Shown here one piece after another: positions 7,768 through 17,563 of a stretch of DNA of 64,000 bases; position 1 is the first letter of the stretch, and each line of letters opens with the position of its first letter. The DNA is taken from assembly GCF_013329165.1 (NCBI RefSeq), contig NZ_DUKV01000039.1, one strand, 5' to 3'. Source of the stretch: Methanocalculus sp. GTDB taxonomy: Archaea > Halobacteriota > Methanomicrobia > Methanomicrobiales > Methanocorpusculaceae. The notes beneath the pieces were generated by a model that was not told the origin of the DNA, made no database searches, and was given only the letters and a program-made list of their open reading frames with translations. Position numbers and translations under genes: made by a program.

Positions 7768-10700
7768 TCAGAACGGATAATCATTTGGATCTCCGATATA
7801 CTGGTCAAGGTTTTTGAAGGTGACCTGTGTTCCGCCACTTGTCACATAGAATCCATCACGGGCAATGACGACACCTTCGAGGAATGCTCCGTTAAAGGTT
7901 ACCCTGCCATTTGGTGCAAAGAAGACGCCAGTAACGCCACTTCCACCCATGCCGGTGATGGTGATATCCCCGGTTCGAGCGATAATGATGACATTTGTTG
8001 CAGTATCCTGATATGTTGTGGAGGAGTAGCTGTCAGCAAATATCTTCATATTGCTTGTTAAAGCTCCGCCAGAGACGTACCCGCGTTCGTCATACCAGCC
8101 AGCTGGTTTCGCAGGCGGGATCTCCTGATCCGGCATGTCGAACCCAGGAACCGTTGCCTGATGGATGCATTTGGCAAGGATATCTGCCGGGTAATTTCCT
8201 GGATGGGCAATCGTCCCAGTATAATAGATTCGTGTATCTGGAGAGAGCGTTGGCGTATTTCCAAGGTTCAGATTGCCATCAACATAGACATTACCATGGA
8301 TACGGGCATCTTTAAGATCAAAGTTGCCATTAACATAGACATCTCCATAGATATCCCGCTCTCCTGTCCAGAGCCTCATATCCCCGTTCACGTAGATATT
8401 ACCCGGCTGAGTTGATGATCCAAGCCCTGCACTTCCAGAATTGAGATTCACATTTCCATCAATGTATATCGTTGAAACTGCAACAGCTGCGCCCCCATTT
8501 AAATCTGAGGTGACAAGGCCGCCAGTAATCACCACCGTTGCTCCAGGGCCATTGACATTATCTCCTTGGAAATTCAGGACATTCCCATACACAAAGACGT
8601 TCTCATTGATTACAAAGTCAACGAACGACTCTCCTTCGACTGTTATATAATCAATCTTCGTCCCGGTTATGTTTGCATCTAAATTATTCACATCCTTCTT
8701 CGTCACCGTCAGGCTGACAGTATACGTTCCCGCTGTCACATAGGTGTGGGTGGGGTTCTGGGCTGTCGAGGTATTGCCATCCCCAAAGTCCCATGCCCAC
8801 GCGGTTGGAGAGTGAGTGGTCAGATCGGTGAACTGGACAGTAAGCGGGGCAGTGCCGTTGGCAACATCGGAGGTGAAGTCAACAACCGGCGGGCATCCGG
8901 CATTATAGTTATCCAGGATCTCCTGCGGGGTGAATACCCGTTCATGTGTCCCAAGGCAGAGGATGTTGCCGTCGAATTTTCGTTCCATCGATGTAGGATC
9001 AGGCCACTCGATGCCGGCAGGGCCGCCGATCTGGTATAAGCCGGGCGATGGAATGAGCCCTACGGCAGAAGCCCATCTGCTATTCTCCTCAACACCATTG
9101 ACATAGATACGGAGCCGCTCATTTTCGGGATCATAGACGCCCACCACATAGTACCACGCTCCCTCAACAGGTGATGTGGTTGAGAGCAGAGTGGGTCTTG
9201 CATTATCAGCTGTCCTGATGGCAATCTCAAAGTTCTGATTATTCTGATTATGCTGAAGGTGATAGCGGCTGTTTCCATCTGAGTTCCCATCGACAACGAT
9301 CGTCGCCCACCACTGATCGTTGGCGTCCGGTGTTGGATTCCTGTTCCATCTGACCCATGACTCTACCGTGAACCCTATTCCAGAGCTGGTGACCGTGATA
9401 TAGCCCGTCTTTGTCTCAACCCCAGATCCCTCATCTCCTGATGCAAACAGGCTGACCGTGTAGTTGCCGGGTGAGGTGTAGATATGGGTTGGGTTCTGGC
9501 TCGTCGATGTTCCACCATCCCCAAATGTCCATGACCAAGAACGGTTCCCTGATAAACCGGTTGAGAGATCGGTGAAATTGACGAGCAGTGGCGTATCTCC
9601 ACTCAATGGAGTGGCAGCAAAATCAACCTGGTACTCTACCGGATCGGTGCAGAAGCTCTCGATGACGCGGTCTGTCATGTTTGGAGACTCCCATCTGAGC
9701 TGGAGGGAGGAAGCCCCTGTATTCTCAAACATCTTTACCCGCACCGGATGATATCCAGTTTCCAGATATTTTGTGCCTGTAACTGTAGTGGGTGCATGGA
9801 AACCCCAGTTGTCAACCACTGGTGTATCAGCATCATCGATCTCGTTGATCCAGAGGCGTGAGCCATCATCGGAGCGAAGTGAGAATGTATAAGTATCTGC
9901 CGTATCAACGACCAGATACCCCTCATAGATGATGCTGAAGTCCTCCTGTTTCCCAAGTGTTGCGTCGGGCCAGTTCACCTCATCAGTCGGCTCTCCATAC
10001 TGGCTGACTGCCTGGGCATCGGCAAACCGGAGGCGCGGATCGATCCGTATGACCGGGATGCCGGAGAAGTCCTGTTGTGGGTAGTAGAATCCGCGAAGAC
10101 CCGGGCTGCAGGGTTGCTGCTCGAAGTTCGCCACAAGGGTTACATCTCCTGCCGGCATCGTGAAGATGAATGCAGATGTATTGGCTATCTGCACGCCATT
10201 CTGTGTCCAGTTGATGAACTGATAGCCTGCACTGGCCTGGGCAGATACGGGAATTTCTTCTCCAGCCTCATACAGGCCTGAGCCATTGACGGTTCCCCCC
10301 ACCAATGGATCGGCAACAAGTGTGAGATTATATGTAACTGTTGGATCTATTGCGAAGTTTGCCACCAACGCCACACTTTCTGCTGGCATAGGATAGGTGA
10401 AACCTGGTGATGCACTGACCAATACGCCATTTCGTGTCCAGTTGCTGAAGAGCCAGCCCGGATTGGCATGGGCATTGATCGCCACTCCTGTTCCGGCTTC
10501 ATAAAAGCCTGCACCTGTCAGCATCCCCGCTCCAGATGGTGAGGCAATGAGAGTAAGTTGGTAGGTATCCGGCCACGGTCCTGGCGGCACCCCGATATCC
10601 CCGATTGTGAAGAGGAGTGCCGGGAGATCCGGTCCGGTATGGACGATCTGCACACTCACATCCTCTTCGAACATTCCGGGAAGGATAAGCCAGTCCCCGG

Positions 10701-10995
10701 CACCATACCCCTCCCAGCTCTCACCTTCAAGAATAAAATTAGACGTTTGATCCACGCCATCCACAAAGATTCTGGTCTTCTCCCGGAAGAGCATATCACC
10801 GCCACGATGGATAAGAGTCAGGTTCCCTGACTCATTATGGATATCCACCCGGAGCGCCGGCACTTCAGCAGGCGGCCCCTGGGAGAGGAGGGTCACCCCG
10901 ACGATCCCAATGACCAGGACGATCAAAGCGGAGAGGATCAGCGTGCCGACCAGTTCAGAGGCGGCGGTGGTGTGGTGCTCCTGTATCATTCCCAT
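7768..10995 (-). CDS. Large type IV pilin-like adhesin (pilin N-term, 2 B-repeat-like Ig domains, PA14, PKD, LamG, PKD, beta-helical C-term)
   Basis: AASELVGTLILSALIVLVIG class III signal; two ~75-aa repeats ending VANFA/VANFE; PA14 (FSLRSDDGSRLWI, VDNWGFH); two PKD (WTFGDGGTS, WDFGDGNTS); LamG (WYYVVGVYD...IYVNG). Confidence 0.85.
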   Translation of the reverse strand: MGMIQEHHTTAASELVGTLILSALIVLVIGIVGVTLLSQGPPAEVPALRVDIHNESGNLTLIHRGGDMLFREKTRIFVDGVDQTSNFILEGESWEGYGAGDWLILPGMFEEDVSVQIVHTGPDLPALLFTIGDIGVPPGPWPDTYQLTLIASPSGAGMLTGAGFYEAGTGVAINAHANPGWLFSNWTRNGVLVSASPGFTYPMPAESVALVANFAIDPTVTYNLTLVADPLVGGTVNGSGLYEAGEEIPVSAQASAGYQFINWTQNGVQIANTSAFIFTMPAGDVTLVANFEQQPCSPGLRGFYYPQQDFSGIPVIRIDPRLRFADAQAVSQYGEPTDEVNWPDATLGKQEDFSIIYEGYLVVDTADTYTFSLRSDDGSRLWINEIDDADTPVVDNWGFHAPTTVTGTKYLETGYHPVRVKMFENTGASSLQLRWESPNMTDRVIESFCTDPVEYQVDFAATPLSGDTPLLVNFTDLSTGLSGNRSWSWTFGDGGTSTSQNPTHIYTSPGNYTVSLFASGDEGSGVETKTGYITVTSSGIGFTVESWVRWNRNPTPDANDQWWATIVVDGNSDGNSRYHLQHNQNNQNFEIAIRTADNARPTLLSTTSPVEGAWYYVVGVYDPENERLRIYVNGVEENSRWASAVGLIPSPGLYQIGGPAGIEWPDPTSMERKFDGNILCLGTHERVFTPQEILDNYNAGCPPVVDFTSDVANGTAPLTVQFTDLTTHSPTAWAWDFGDGNTSTAQNPTHTYVTAGTYTVSLTVTKKDVNNLDANITGTKIDYITVEGESFVDFVINENVFVYGNVLNFQGDNVNGPGATVVITGGLVTSDLNGGAAVAVSTIYIDGNVNLNSGSAGLGSSTQPGNIYVNGDMRLWTGERDIYGDVYVNGNFDLKDARIHGNVYVDGNLNLGNTPTLSPDTRIYYTGTIAHPGNYPADILAKCIHQATVPGFDMPDQEIPPAKPAGWYDERGYVSGGALTSNMKIFADSYSSTTYQDTATNVIIIARTGDITITGMGGSGVTGVFFAPNGRVTFNGAFLEGVVIARDGFYVTSGGTQVTFKNLDQYIGDPNDYPF

Positions 10996-11004
10996 TCCTG
11001 AACC

Positions 11005-12096
11005 TCAAGGTGTGATAAGCAATTCTCCATTTTCGTATATGGTTACACCATCTCTTTTTACAATATTGGCCTGGCCTATAAATCTAATAAAATCATTTTG
11101 ATCATTTGGATAATCTAGAATAATCAATGTAGGCTCTGCAGGCTTCAAATTGATAAATTCATATTTTAAATTATTTACTCCTTCATCGATTGTCTGGTTC
11201 TTTATTATAAGTCGCGTAAATTGGTTTGTACCATCTGATGTAAATACAAGGCTTGATTCGTAGTCAGTATATTGTGTTATCCAACTTTCCTTTAAATCTC
11301 CACTTAATAAAACATCATTCCTATAAATTGTGGTATAATCACCTGAAATAGACCATCCTTTATTACCCACTGAAAATAAATATGCGCTAGCTTGATTTGG
11401 GTGTCCACCAAATTTAATCGATAATCTATCTCCAGAAGTAAGATTCACTCTTGTTGGTGCAACGTCTCTAATTATATATGAATTAGTATTATTAATAGTT
11501 AAATTAACAAATCCACTTATTGAAGCCTTGTTTCCAAGCCTGATTCGAGTAAAATAAATTGCATCCTCATCGAGCTTTTCAGAGAAATATTCCACATAAT
11601 TATCTTCCAGATATTCCTCGGCATACTCGTCCAGCTCCTCCTGCGTACACTGCCCGCCGGGACCCAGTGTCGGCGGCGTCCCTGGGGTGATAGGTACACC
11701 GCCTCCGGTTACCTGCCCGATACTGATCTCGCGGATAAGATTCTGCTGCCCGCCGCGTAACGAGATGATCTGGATGCGCTGTGGCGTTGTTGTTATCGGT
11801 ATTTCGAGGACTTCCCCTATCTCCCACGGCCATCCTCCGGATGGTGCCGGGATCGGATCAACGGGATTCCCATCAAGAAGAAGGGCAAACTCCCCGGGAA
11901 CCATCGGATCTCCTCCATCATGATAAATATAAAGTGTGGTTGTTGTATTGCTCGCAATCACATTCAGATCCTGTGTCTGCACGGGAGGTGGTTGAGAGAG
12001 GAACCCGGCACCAATGACCGCTACTGCGAGTACAACTAGTGATATGAGAAGGATCGATCCTATAACCTCAGAAACTGCTGAACTCCGGTACATCAT
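11005..12096 (-). CDS. Type IV pilin-like protein with AT-rich C-terminal domain
   Basis: AVSEVIGSILLISLVVLAVAVIG class III signal, YHDGGDP motif, Pro/Gly/Thr linker. Confidence 0.85.
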   Translation of the reverse strand: MMYRSSAVSEVIGSILLISLVVLAVAVIGAGFLSQPPPVQTQDLNVIASNTTTTLYIYHDGGDPMVPGEFALLLDGNPVDPIPAPSGGWPWEIGEVLEIPITTTPQRIQIISLRGGQQNLIREISIGQVTGGGVPITPGTPPTLGPGGQCTQEELDEYAEEYLEDNYVEYFSEKLDEDAIYFTRIRLGNKASISGFVNLTINNTNSYIIRDVAPTRVNLTSGDRLSIKFGGHPNQASAYLFSVGNKGWSISGDYTTIYRNDVLLSGDLKESWITQYTDYESSLVFTSDGTNQFTRLIIKNQTIDEGVNNLKYEFINLKPAEPTLIILDYPNDQNDFIRFIGQANIVKRDGVTIYENGELLITP

Positions 12097-13193
12097 GTTG
12101 CTCCTGTTGCAATTGACTGCACCGAGATGGTGTAATATATATATCTGTACTGGATTTCCTCAGGACCTCCCTGGAGGTCGATTCTGACCACGTCTGTGGG
12201 ATTGCGATAAATAGTACATGCACCTGATGAAACGCCAGACTGGAATCGCAACTCCTTCAGGGCATTCTCCCAACCGCGTGCAACATTGGCGTCCTCAAGA
12301 TAGATGGTAATATTTGAATAGGGTGTAGCTGGTGCAGGTATCAGGGAATAGCTCTGTGTCCGATTCGTCATTTTGGTATCGATACGAACCGGCCCCTGCC
12401 CTGAAAGTCCAACCTGCCCGGCTCCTGCCAGTTCTACCAGGGCAATAAATGTACCTCCTGTCTCAAAATTGATAAGTGGAGAGACACGTGCGACCGTCCC
12501 TGATGACTGTTTGAGGAAGACGCCCCCCATCTGGTAATAGTATGACTGCGGGATCCAGTAATGGTTTGTTGCGTCATACTCAAGTCTGCCCATCTCGAAC
12601 TCGATGACAGCGGGTGCACCATCCTTGCTAATCTCAATTCTTTCCACGCCACCGGATGCGGCAGGCTGATTCGCCACTGCAATCGCCCCTGTCGATCCTA
12701 TAGGACTCATCACCGGCAGGAACAATCCTCCCGCCTGCGTCGCACCGCCCTGAGACCCGAGGGTGAGCGAATTTGAGAAGGTTACACCGGTAAGTGACTT
12801 GTAGGGATCATTCGGCTCATGATTCACCCACAACGAATCCGCCGTCACCTTATATTGCGTGAACCAGGTCCGGACATAGTTCATATGCTCGATCTCCTGC
12901 TGCCGCCCTTCCGCAGGAACCACGTACACCATCCAGAGGGAGAGGAAGATCATGAGGATAGCAATAATCAGGATGAACCCGATCACTTCAGAGAGGGCAT
13001 CATCTGATCGTGGATGACCTGCTTGTAGATGACCTGGTTGTAAACGACCAGGTTTTGAACGACCAGCTTTTGGACGACCTGATCGTGCTGTATCGGATGG
13101 TTCCGTATCAGGCCATCCACCATTCAATCGTGACGTACCAGATCGTCCAGTATCCAGGCGGGCAGTCCGGGACCGGTTCATTCGCCTCGGCAT
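12093..13193 (-). CDS. Archaeal pilin/flagellin-like protein (DUF7289-like); start uncertain (13181-13214)
   Basis: DALSEVIGFILIIAIL...GRQQEIEHMNYV...NHYWIPQSYYYQMGGVFLKQ, typical of this minor-pilin group. Long basic repetitive leader. Confidence 0.75.
   Translation of the reverse strand: MPRRMNRSRTARLDTGRSGTSRLNGGWPDTEPSDTARSGRPKAGRSKPGRLQPGHLQAGHPRSDDALSEVIGFILIIAILMIFLSLWMVYVVPAEGRQQEIEHMNYVRTWFTQYKVTADSLWVNHEPNDPYKSLTGVTFSNSLTLGSQGGATQAGGLFLPVMSPIGSTGAIAVANQPAASGGVERIEISKDGAPAVIEFEMGRLEYDATNHYWIPQSYYYQMGGVFLKQSSGTVARVSPLINFETGGTFIALVELAGAGQVGLSGQGPVRIDTKMTNRTQSYSLIPAPATPYSNITIYLEDANVARGWENALKELRFQSGVSSGACTIYRNPTDVVRIDLQGGPEEIQYRYIYYTISVQSIATGAT
13016..13090 (-). repeat. Five degenerate 15-bp tandem units in pilin leader
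   Basis: gacctgcttgtagat / gacctggttgtaaac / gaccaggttttgaac / gaccagcttttggac / gacctgatcgtgctg, encoding ...RSGRPKAGRSKPGRLQPGHLQAGH. Confidence 0.8.
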
Positions 13194-13406
13194 GATGATA
13201 CATGGCATCATCATAATGAAAAAGGTACTCTTCAGGAGATCTCTCTCAACCCGGCGTTTCCCTCCTCCCGCATACCCGGATCTCTCCACTAACCTTCCGC
13301 ATACAGTTTTACTCTCCTGTGACCAATAGAGAAGCAGAGATCCAAATGACACTTCCCACTCCCCCCTCAACACAGATACTTACTACCACCCCCGCGGGGC
13401 GATCCC

Positions 13407-14444
13407 ATGGACTATGATGAACTCGTATCCGGCCTCATGGAGCGGGTTGAGACCCTTCGGCCTGACAACCTCAGCGACGGCTGTATCCTCTGCTACCAGG
13501 GGGCAAAGCTCGTCCTCTTCGTCACCGGCCTCTGCGACCGCACCTGCTGGTACTGCCCCCTCTCGGTCGAGCGGAAAGATCTTGATGTCGTCTTCGCAAA
13601 CGACAAGCCCGTTCATTCGGATGCCGATCTTATCGCAGAAGCAGAAGCGATGGATGCACTCGGTACCGGCGTCACCGGCGGTGAGCCCCTCCTCTTCATT
13701 GACCGGACGGCTCGCTACTGCAGGCTCTTAAAAGATCACTTCGGAAAGAAGCACCAGATCCACCTCTATACCGGCCGGGCCCCGACAGAAGCAGATTTAG
13801 CCGCACTTCAGGGGCTTGTTGACGAGATCCGGATGCACCCGCCGTACGAAGTCTGGGAACACATCATGGAGACGGACTATCCGGCATCCGCACGGAGAGC
13901 AAAAGAGATGGGCTTTGAGATCGGGATCGAAGTCCCCTCCCTCCCCGGCATCGGGCATCTCAGACCCATGCTCCCATTGCTTGACTTCTTCAATATCAAT
14001 GAACTCGAATGGGGCGAAACCTGTGCAGACGAGATGCGGAAACGCGGCATGGAGTCGGAAGAAGGCCTCTATAACGCCATTAAAGGGGCAAAAGAATGGG
14101 CTGAAGAGATCACCGATGATCCGAAGGTGCATTTCTGCTCCTCCGGCTTCAAGGACGCCGTCCAGCTGAGGGAGCGGCTCATACGGATAGCAACAATGAC
14201 CGCCCGGAACCTCGATGAGATCACCGATGATGGCACCATCGTCTATGGGAGGATCAGATCCACAACTGATCTCAGTCACCTCCTCGCCACATTCGAAGAA
14301 GGGAGCTACGAACTCCAGCCGGATGGCAGTGTCGAATGCGAGTGGTGGCTTCTTGATGATCTGAAGGGAGAACCCGGCCTTGAACTCGAGATCATCGAAC
14401 GGTACCCAAATAACGGCATGATCGTGGAGATAGAACCCCTATGA
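13407..14444 (+). CDS. Radical SAM protein (COG2108-like, archaeal)
   Basis: CDRTCWYC CxxxCxxC motif, TGGEP. Confidence 0.85.
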   Translation: MDYDELVSGLMERVETLRPDNLSDGCILCYQGAKLVLFVTGLCDRTCWYCPLSVERKDLDVVFANDKPVHSDADLIAEAEAMDALGTGVTGGEPLLFIDRTARYCRLLKDHFGKKHQIHLYTGRAPTEADLAALQGLVDEIRMHPPYEVWEHIMETDYPASARRAKEMGFEIGIEVPSLPGIGHLRPMLPLLDFFNINELEWGETCADEMRKRGMESEEGLYNAIKGAKEWAEEITDDPKVHFCSSGFKDAVQLRERLIRIATMTARNLDEITDDGTIVYGRIRSTTDLSHLLATFEEGSYELQPDGSVECEWWLLDDLKGEPGLELEIIERYPNNGMIVEIEPL

Positions 14445-15220
14445 TACTCAGATCCCTCCTGGAACCCATCTATTTCCGCATCCTCAGATCGACAATCACC
14501 CATATCCCAACCCATATCGCGATCATCCAGGATGGAAACCGGCGGTATGCAAAAAAGATGGGGCAGAAGACGGGGTTCGGGCACAGCCAGGGTGCCAACA
14601 CCACCGAGACGATGCTCGAATGGGCGCAGGAATTTGGGATCAAACACATCACCCTCTATGCCTTCTCAACCGAGAACTTCAGACGGAGCGATGAAGAGCT
14701 TGCAGAACTCTTCGAACTCTTCAAGGACCGGTTCTTAAAAGTAATCACAGATGAGCGGGTACACAGAAACAAGATCCGGGTCAGGATGGTCGGCGACAAG
14801 ACCCTCCTTCCGGGCGATGTCCTCGCCTGTGTCGAAGAAGCAGAAAAAGCAACAAAAGAGTACAGCAACCACTACATCAATGTCGCCATCGCCTATGGGG
14901 GGAGAAACGAGATCGTCCATGCCGCCCGCCGCCTCGTCTCACAGGTCAGGGCGGGCACCCTCAGATCTGACGAGATCACCCCGGCGATGGTCGAGGAGAA
15001 CCTCTACGGCGGCCTCGGCCTCCCGCCGGTTGACCTGATTATACGAACAGGGAATGAATACCGGACCTCAAACTTCCTGCCATGGCTCGCAAACGGAAAC
15101 GAATCCTCAGTCTACTTCTGCGCACCATACTGGCCGCAGTTCCGAAAAATTGATCTCCTCAGGGCGATCCGGGTCTATGATCAGAGAAGACGATCAGGCC
15201 CCAAATCGTCGTGCCCGTGA
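14441..15220 (+). CDS. uppS: cis-prenyltransferase (tritrans,polycis-undecaprenyl diphosphate synthase)
   Basis: HIAIIQDGNRRY, YAFSTENF, AIAYGGR, DLIIRTG..RTSNFLPW. Confidence 0.92.
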   Translation: MILRSLLEPIYFRILRSTITHIPTHIAIIQDGNRRYAKKMGQKTGFGHSQGANTTETMLEWAQEFGIKHITLYAFSTENFRRSDEELAELFELFKDRFLKVITDERVHRNKIRVRMVGDKTLLPGDVLACVEEAEKATKEYSNHYINVAIAYGGRNEIVHAARRLVSQVRAGTLRSDEITPAMVEENLYGGLGLPPVDLIIRTGNEYRTSNFLPWLANGNESSVYFCAPYWPQFRKIDLLRAIRVYDQRRRSGPKSSCP

Positions 15221-15787
15221 CTGGAAGTCCCTGATCGCACGGAGCAGATCGGTCTTCCTGAAGAACTCCCAGTTCACATCAAGGAAGAAGAGTTCGGAAT
15301 AGACCGACTGCCAGATGAGAAAATCAGTGAGGTAACTCCCGCCCGTCTTGATGATCAGATCGGGTGAGGATCTGAAGGTGAGATGTGACTCGATCGTCTC
15401 CTCTGTAAGATCACAGGGATCAATTCCTTCATCCGCTATCTTTTGAATGCTCTCTGTGATCTCTTCCCGACCACTCCTGCCCACGACGATCAGAACCGGG
15501 AGCCCCTCTCCTGAACAAAATACCTCATCTTTCAGATGCAGCTCGAGACGGGCATGCTCCGAGACCGCCTTCAAATCCTCGATAAAGGGTGTCACGCAGG
15601 AGAGATCATCGGTATCGATATGAAAGGTCAGCATCCCGATCCCCGGCACGGCTTCCGCCCATCTGACGACATCGTTGATCCGCTCAGGCGCAGAACGGAG
15701 ATCGAAGACTGTCAGCATAAAACAGATCTCGCGGGGGGGGGTGGTGATCTCCCGCATCAGCAGGTATTCATAGAGCCTGTGTATCAT
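15194..15787 (-). CDS. UppS-like paralogue (catalytically degenerate)
   Basis: GREEI, PDLIIKTGGSYLTDFLIWQSVYSELFF; lacks the DGN motif. Confidence 0.8.
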   Translation of the reverse strand: MIHRLYEYLLMREITTPPREICFMLTVFDLRSAPERINDVVRWAEAVPGIGMLTFHIDTDDLSCVTPFIEDLKAVSEHARLELHLKDEVFCSGEGLPVLIVVGRSGREEITESIQKIADEGIDPCDLTEETIESHLTFRSSPDLIIKTGGSYLTDFLIWQSVYSELFFLDVNWEFFRKTDLLRAIRDFQSRARRFGA

Positions 15788-17475
15788 CGGAAATAGTCCA
15801 GTAATCCGGGTAATGAATAGGTATTCAGAATATCGCGAGCTCCGCACCAGCCACGCCGGGCCGTCATCACGCCATATCTCATCGCGGCAAAATCTCCCGG
15901 CCCATGAGAGTCGGTCCCGATTGTAATCTTCACTCCTAGTTCTTTTGCCGTCTTCAAATAAATATCATCAAGGTCGAGCCGGTATGGTGAAGCATTCAGT
16001 TCAACTGCCACCGCCGACTCCTTTGCCGCCTCAAGAATCCGTGGAATATCAATAGCAGACGGCTCCCTCCTCCCGATCAGCCGCCCCGTAGGATGGCCGA
16101 TTATATCGACATGCTCGTTCTCTATCGCTGTTATCACCCGCCGGGTGATCTGGTCGGCCTCCTGGTGCAGTGAAGAATGAACCGAAGCGATGATCAGATC
16201 GAGATCGGCGAGGACAGCATCAGGCAGCCCCAGGCTCCCGTCTGTCATGATATCCACCTCGATACCCGCGAGTATCCGGCACTCATGCCTCCGGTTTGCC
16301 ATCTCGATCTCATGTGCCTGTTCGCGCAGCCCTTCGGGAGTGAGGCCCCGTGCAACCCCGAGTGAGGCGGAATGATCCGAACAGAGGATGTACTCGTATC
16401 CACGTGCGTCTCCGGCCGCCGCAAGCTCGTCTACCGAGAGCGACCCATCTGATCCGGTTGTGTGGGCATGGAGATCCCCCCTGATATCTGACTGCTCGAT
16501 CAGAACTGGCAGTGTTCCGGCTTCGGCGGCAGCAACCTCACCGCGATCCTCCCGGAGTTCGGGGGGGATGAAATGGAGGCCGAGAAGCGAAAAGACCTCA
16601 TCCTCGGTTCTGCACCGGGTCATCTCCCCGTTCTGTTTATTCAGCAGCCCGTATTCATTCAGCTGCATCCCGCGTGCAATAGCCCGTTCCCGGAGCCGGA
16701 TATTAAACTCCTTTGATCCGGTGAGGTACATGAGCGTCGCACCAAACTCATTGGGATCTGCAAACCGGATATCAACTCGTTTCCCACGATAGAAGAATGA
16801 GGTCTTCTTCATCCCCTCATCGATCATCTCACTGGCAATCTCCCTGATCCCGGGATTGACCGATTGCGCAGGCTCGGTCGTCACGATATCGATATCTCCG
16901 ACTGTGCTCCTGCCGCGCCTGAGCGACCCCGCATATTCAAATGTCCCGGGAACGAGTGTGGTGGCAACCTCTCCGGCAATCTCCTCTGCCTCCGAGATGA
17001 GCATCCTGCCGGATCGGTTTGAATAGACCCTGACCGCCCGGAGGATCTCTTCTTCTTTCTTCTCTCCAAATCCCCGCAATCCCCGGATCCGTCGCCCCCG
17101 GGCTGCTGCCTCAAGCTCTGCAAGTGATGTTACATTCAGGTGGCTCCAGAGCTTCTGCACCGTCTTTGGTCCAACCCCATCCAGTTCAAGCAGTTCCGGA
17201 AGATCAGGAGGCACCTTCTCCATCAGGGCTTCCAGTTCAGAGCAGGTTCCCGTTTCAGCAATAGCAAGAATGGCCTCGGCTGTTCCCTTCCCGATGCCAT
17301 CCAGTGCCATCAGTTCAGAACGGCTCATCCCGGCAACCGCGTGCGGGCTCCTCCGAACCGCCTCTGCTGCGCGCTGGTACGCACGGACTTTGAAAGGATT
17401 CTCACCGATCACCAGCAGGAGATCGGCAACCCTCTCAAGCACTTCGGCAACCTCCGCGTTCACCCCGCTTCCCAT
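15784..17475 (-). CDS. polX: DNA polymerase X with PHP domain
   Basis: NPFKVRAY, HhH (GIGKG, GVGPK), GSLRR..VGDID, TGSKEFN, PHP DLHAHT..SDG, HPTGR, TDSH. Confidence 0.92.
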   Translation of the reverse strand: MGSGVNAEVAEVLERVADLLLVIGENPFKVRAYQRAAEAVRRSPHAVAGMSRSELMALDGIGKGTAEAILAIAETGTCSELEALMEKVPPDLPELLELDGVGPKTVQKLWSHLNVTSLAELEAAARGRRIRGLRGFGEKKEEEILRAVRVYSNRSGRMLISEAEEIAGEVATTLVPGTFEYAGSLRRGRSTVGDIDIVTTEPAQSVNPGIREIASEMIDEGMKKTSFFYRGKRVDIRFADPNEFGATLMYLTGSKEFNIRLRERAIARGMQLNEYGLLNKQNGEMTRCRTEDEVFSLLGLHFIPPELREDRGEVAAAEAGTLPVLIEQSDIRGDLHAHTTGSDGSLSVDELAAAGDARGYEYILCSDHSASLGVARGLTPEGLREQAHEIEMANRRHECRILAGIEVDIMTDGSLGLPDAVLADLDLIIASVHSSLHQEADQITRRVITAIENEHVDIIGHPTGRLIGRREPSAIDIPRILEAAKESAVAVELNASPYRLDLDDIYLKTAKELGVKITIGTDSHGPGDFAAMRYGVMTARRGWCGARDILNTYSLPGLLDYFR

Positions 17476-17563
17476 ACACGGGTATTGGTATCCATCTCCT
17501 TATAGATACACGCATTTCCCTCAAATGGCATACTATATCATTTACGACTCAGATACTCTGTAT

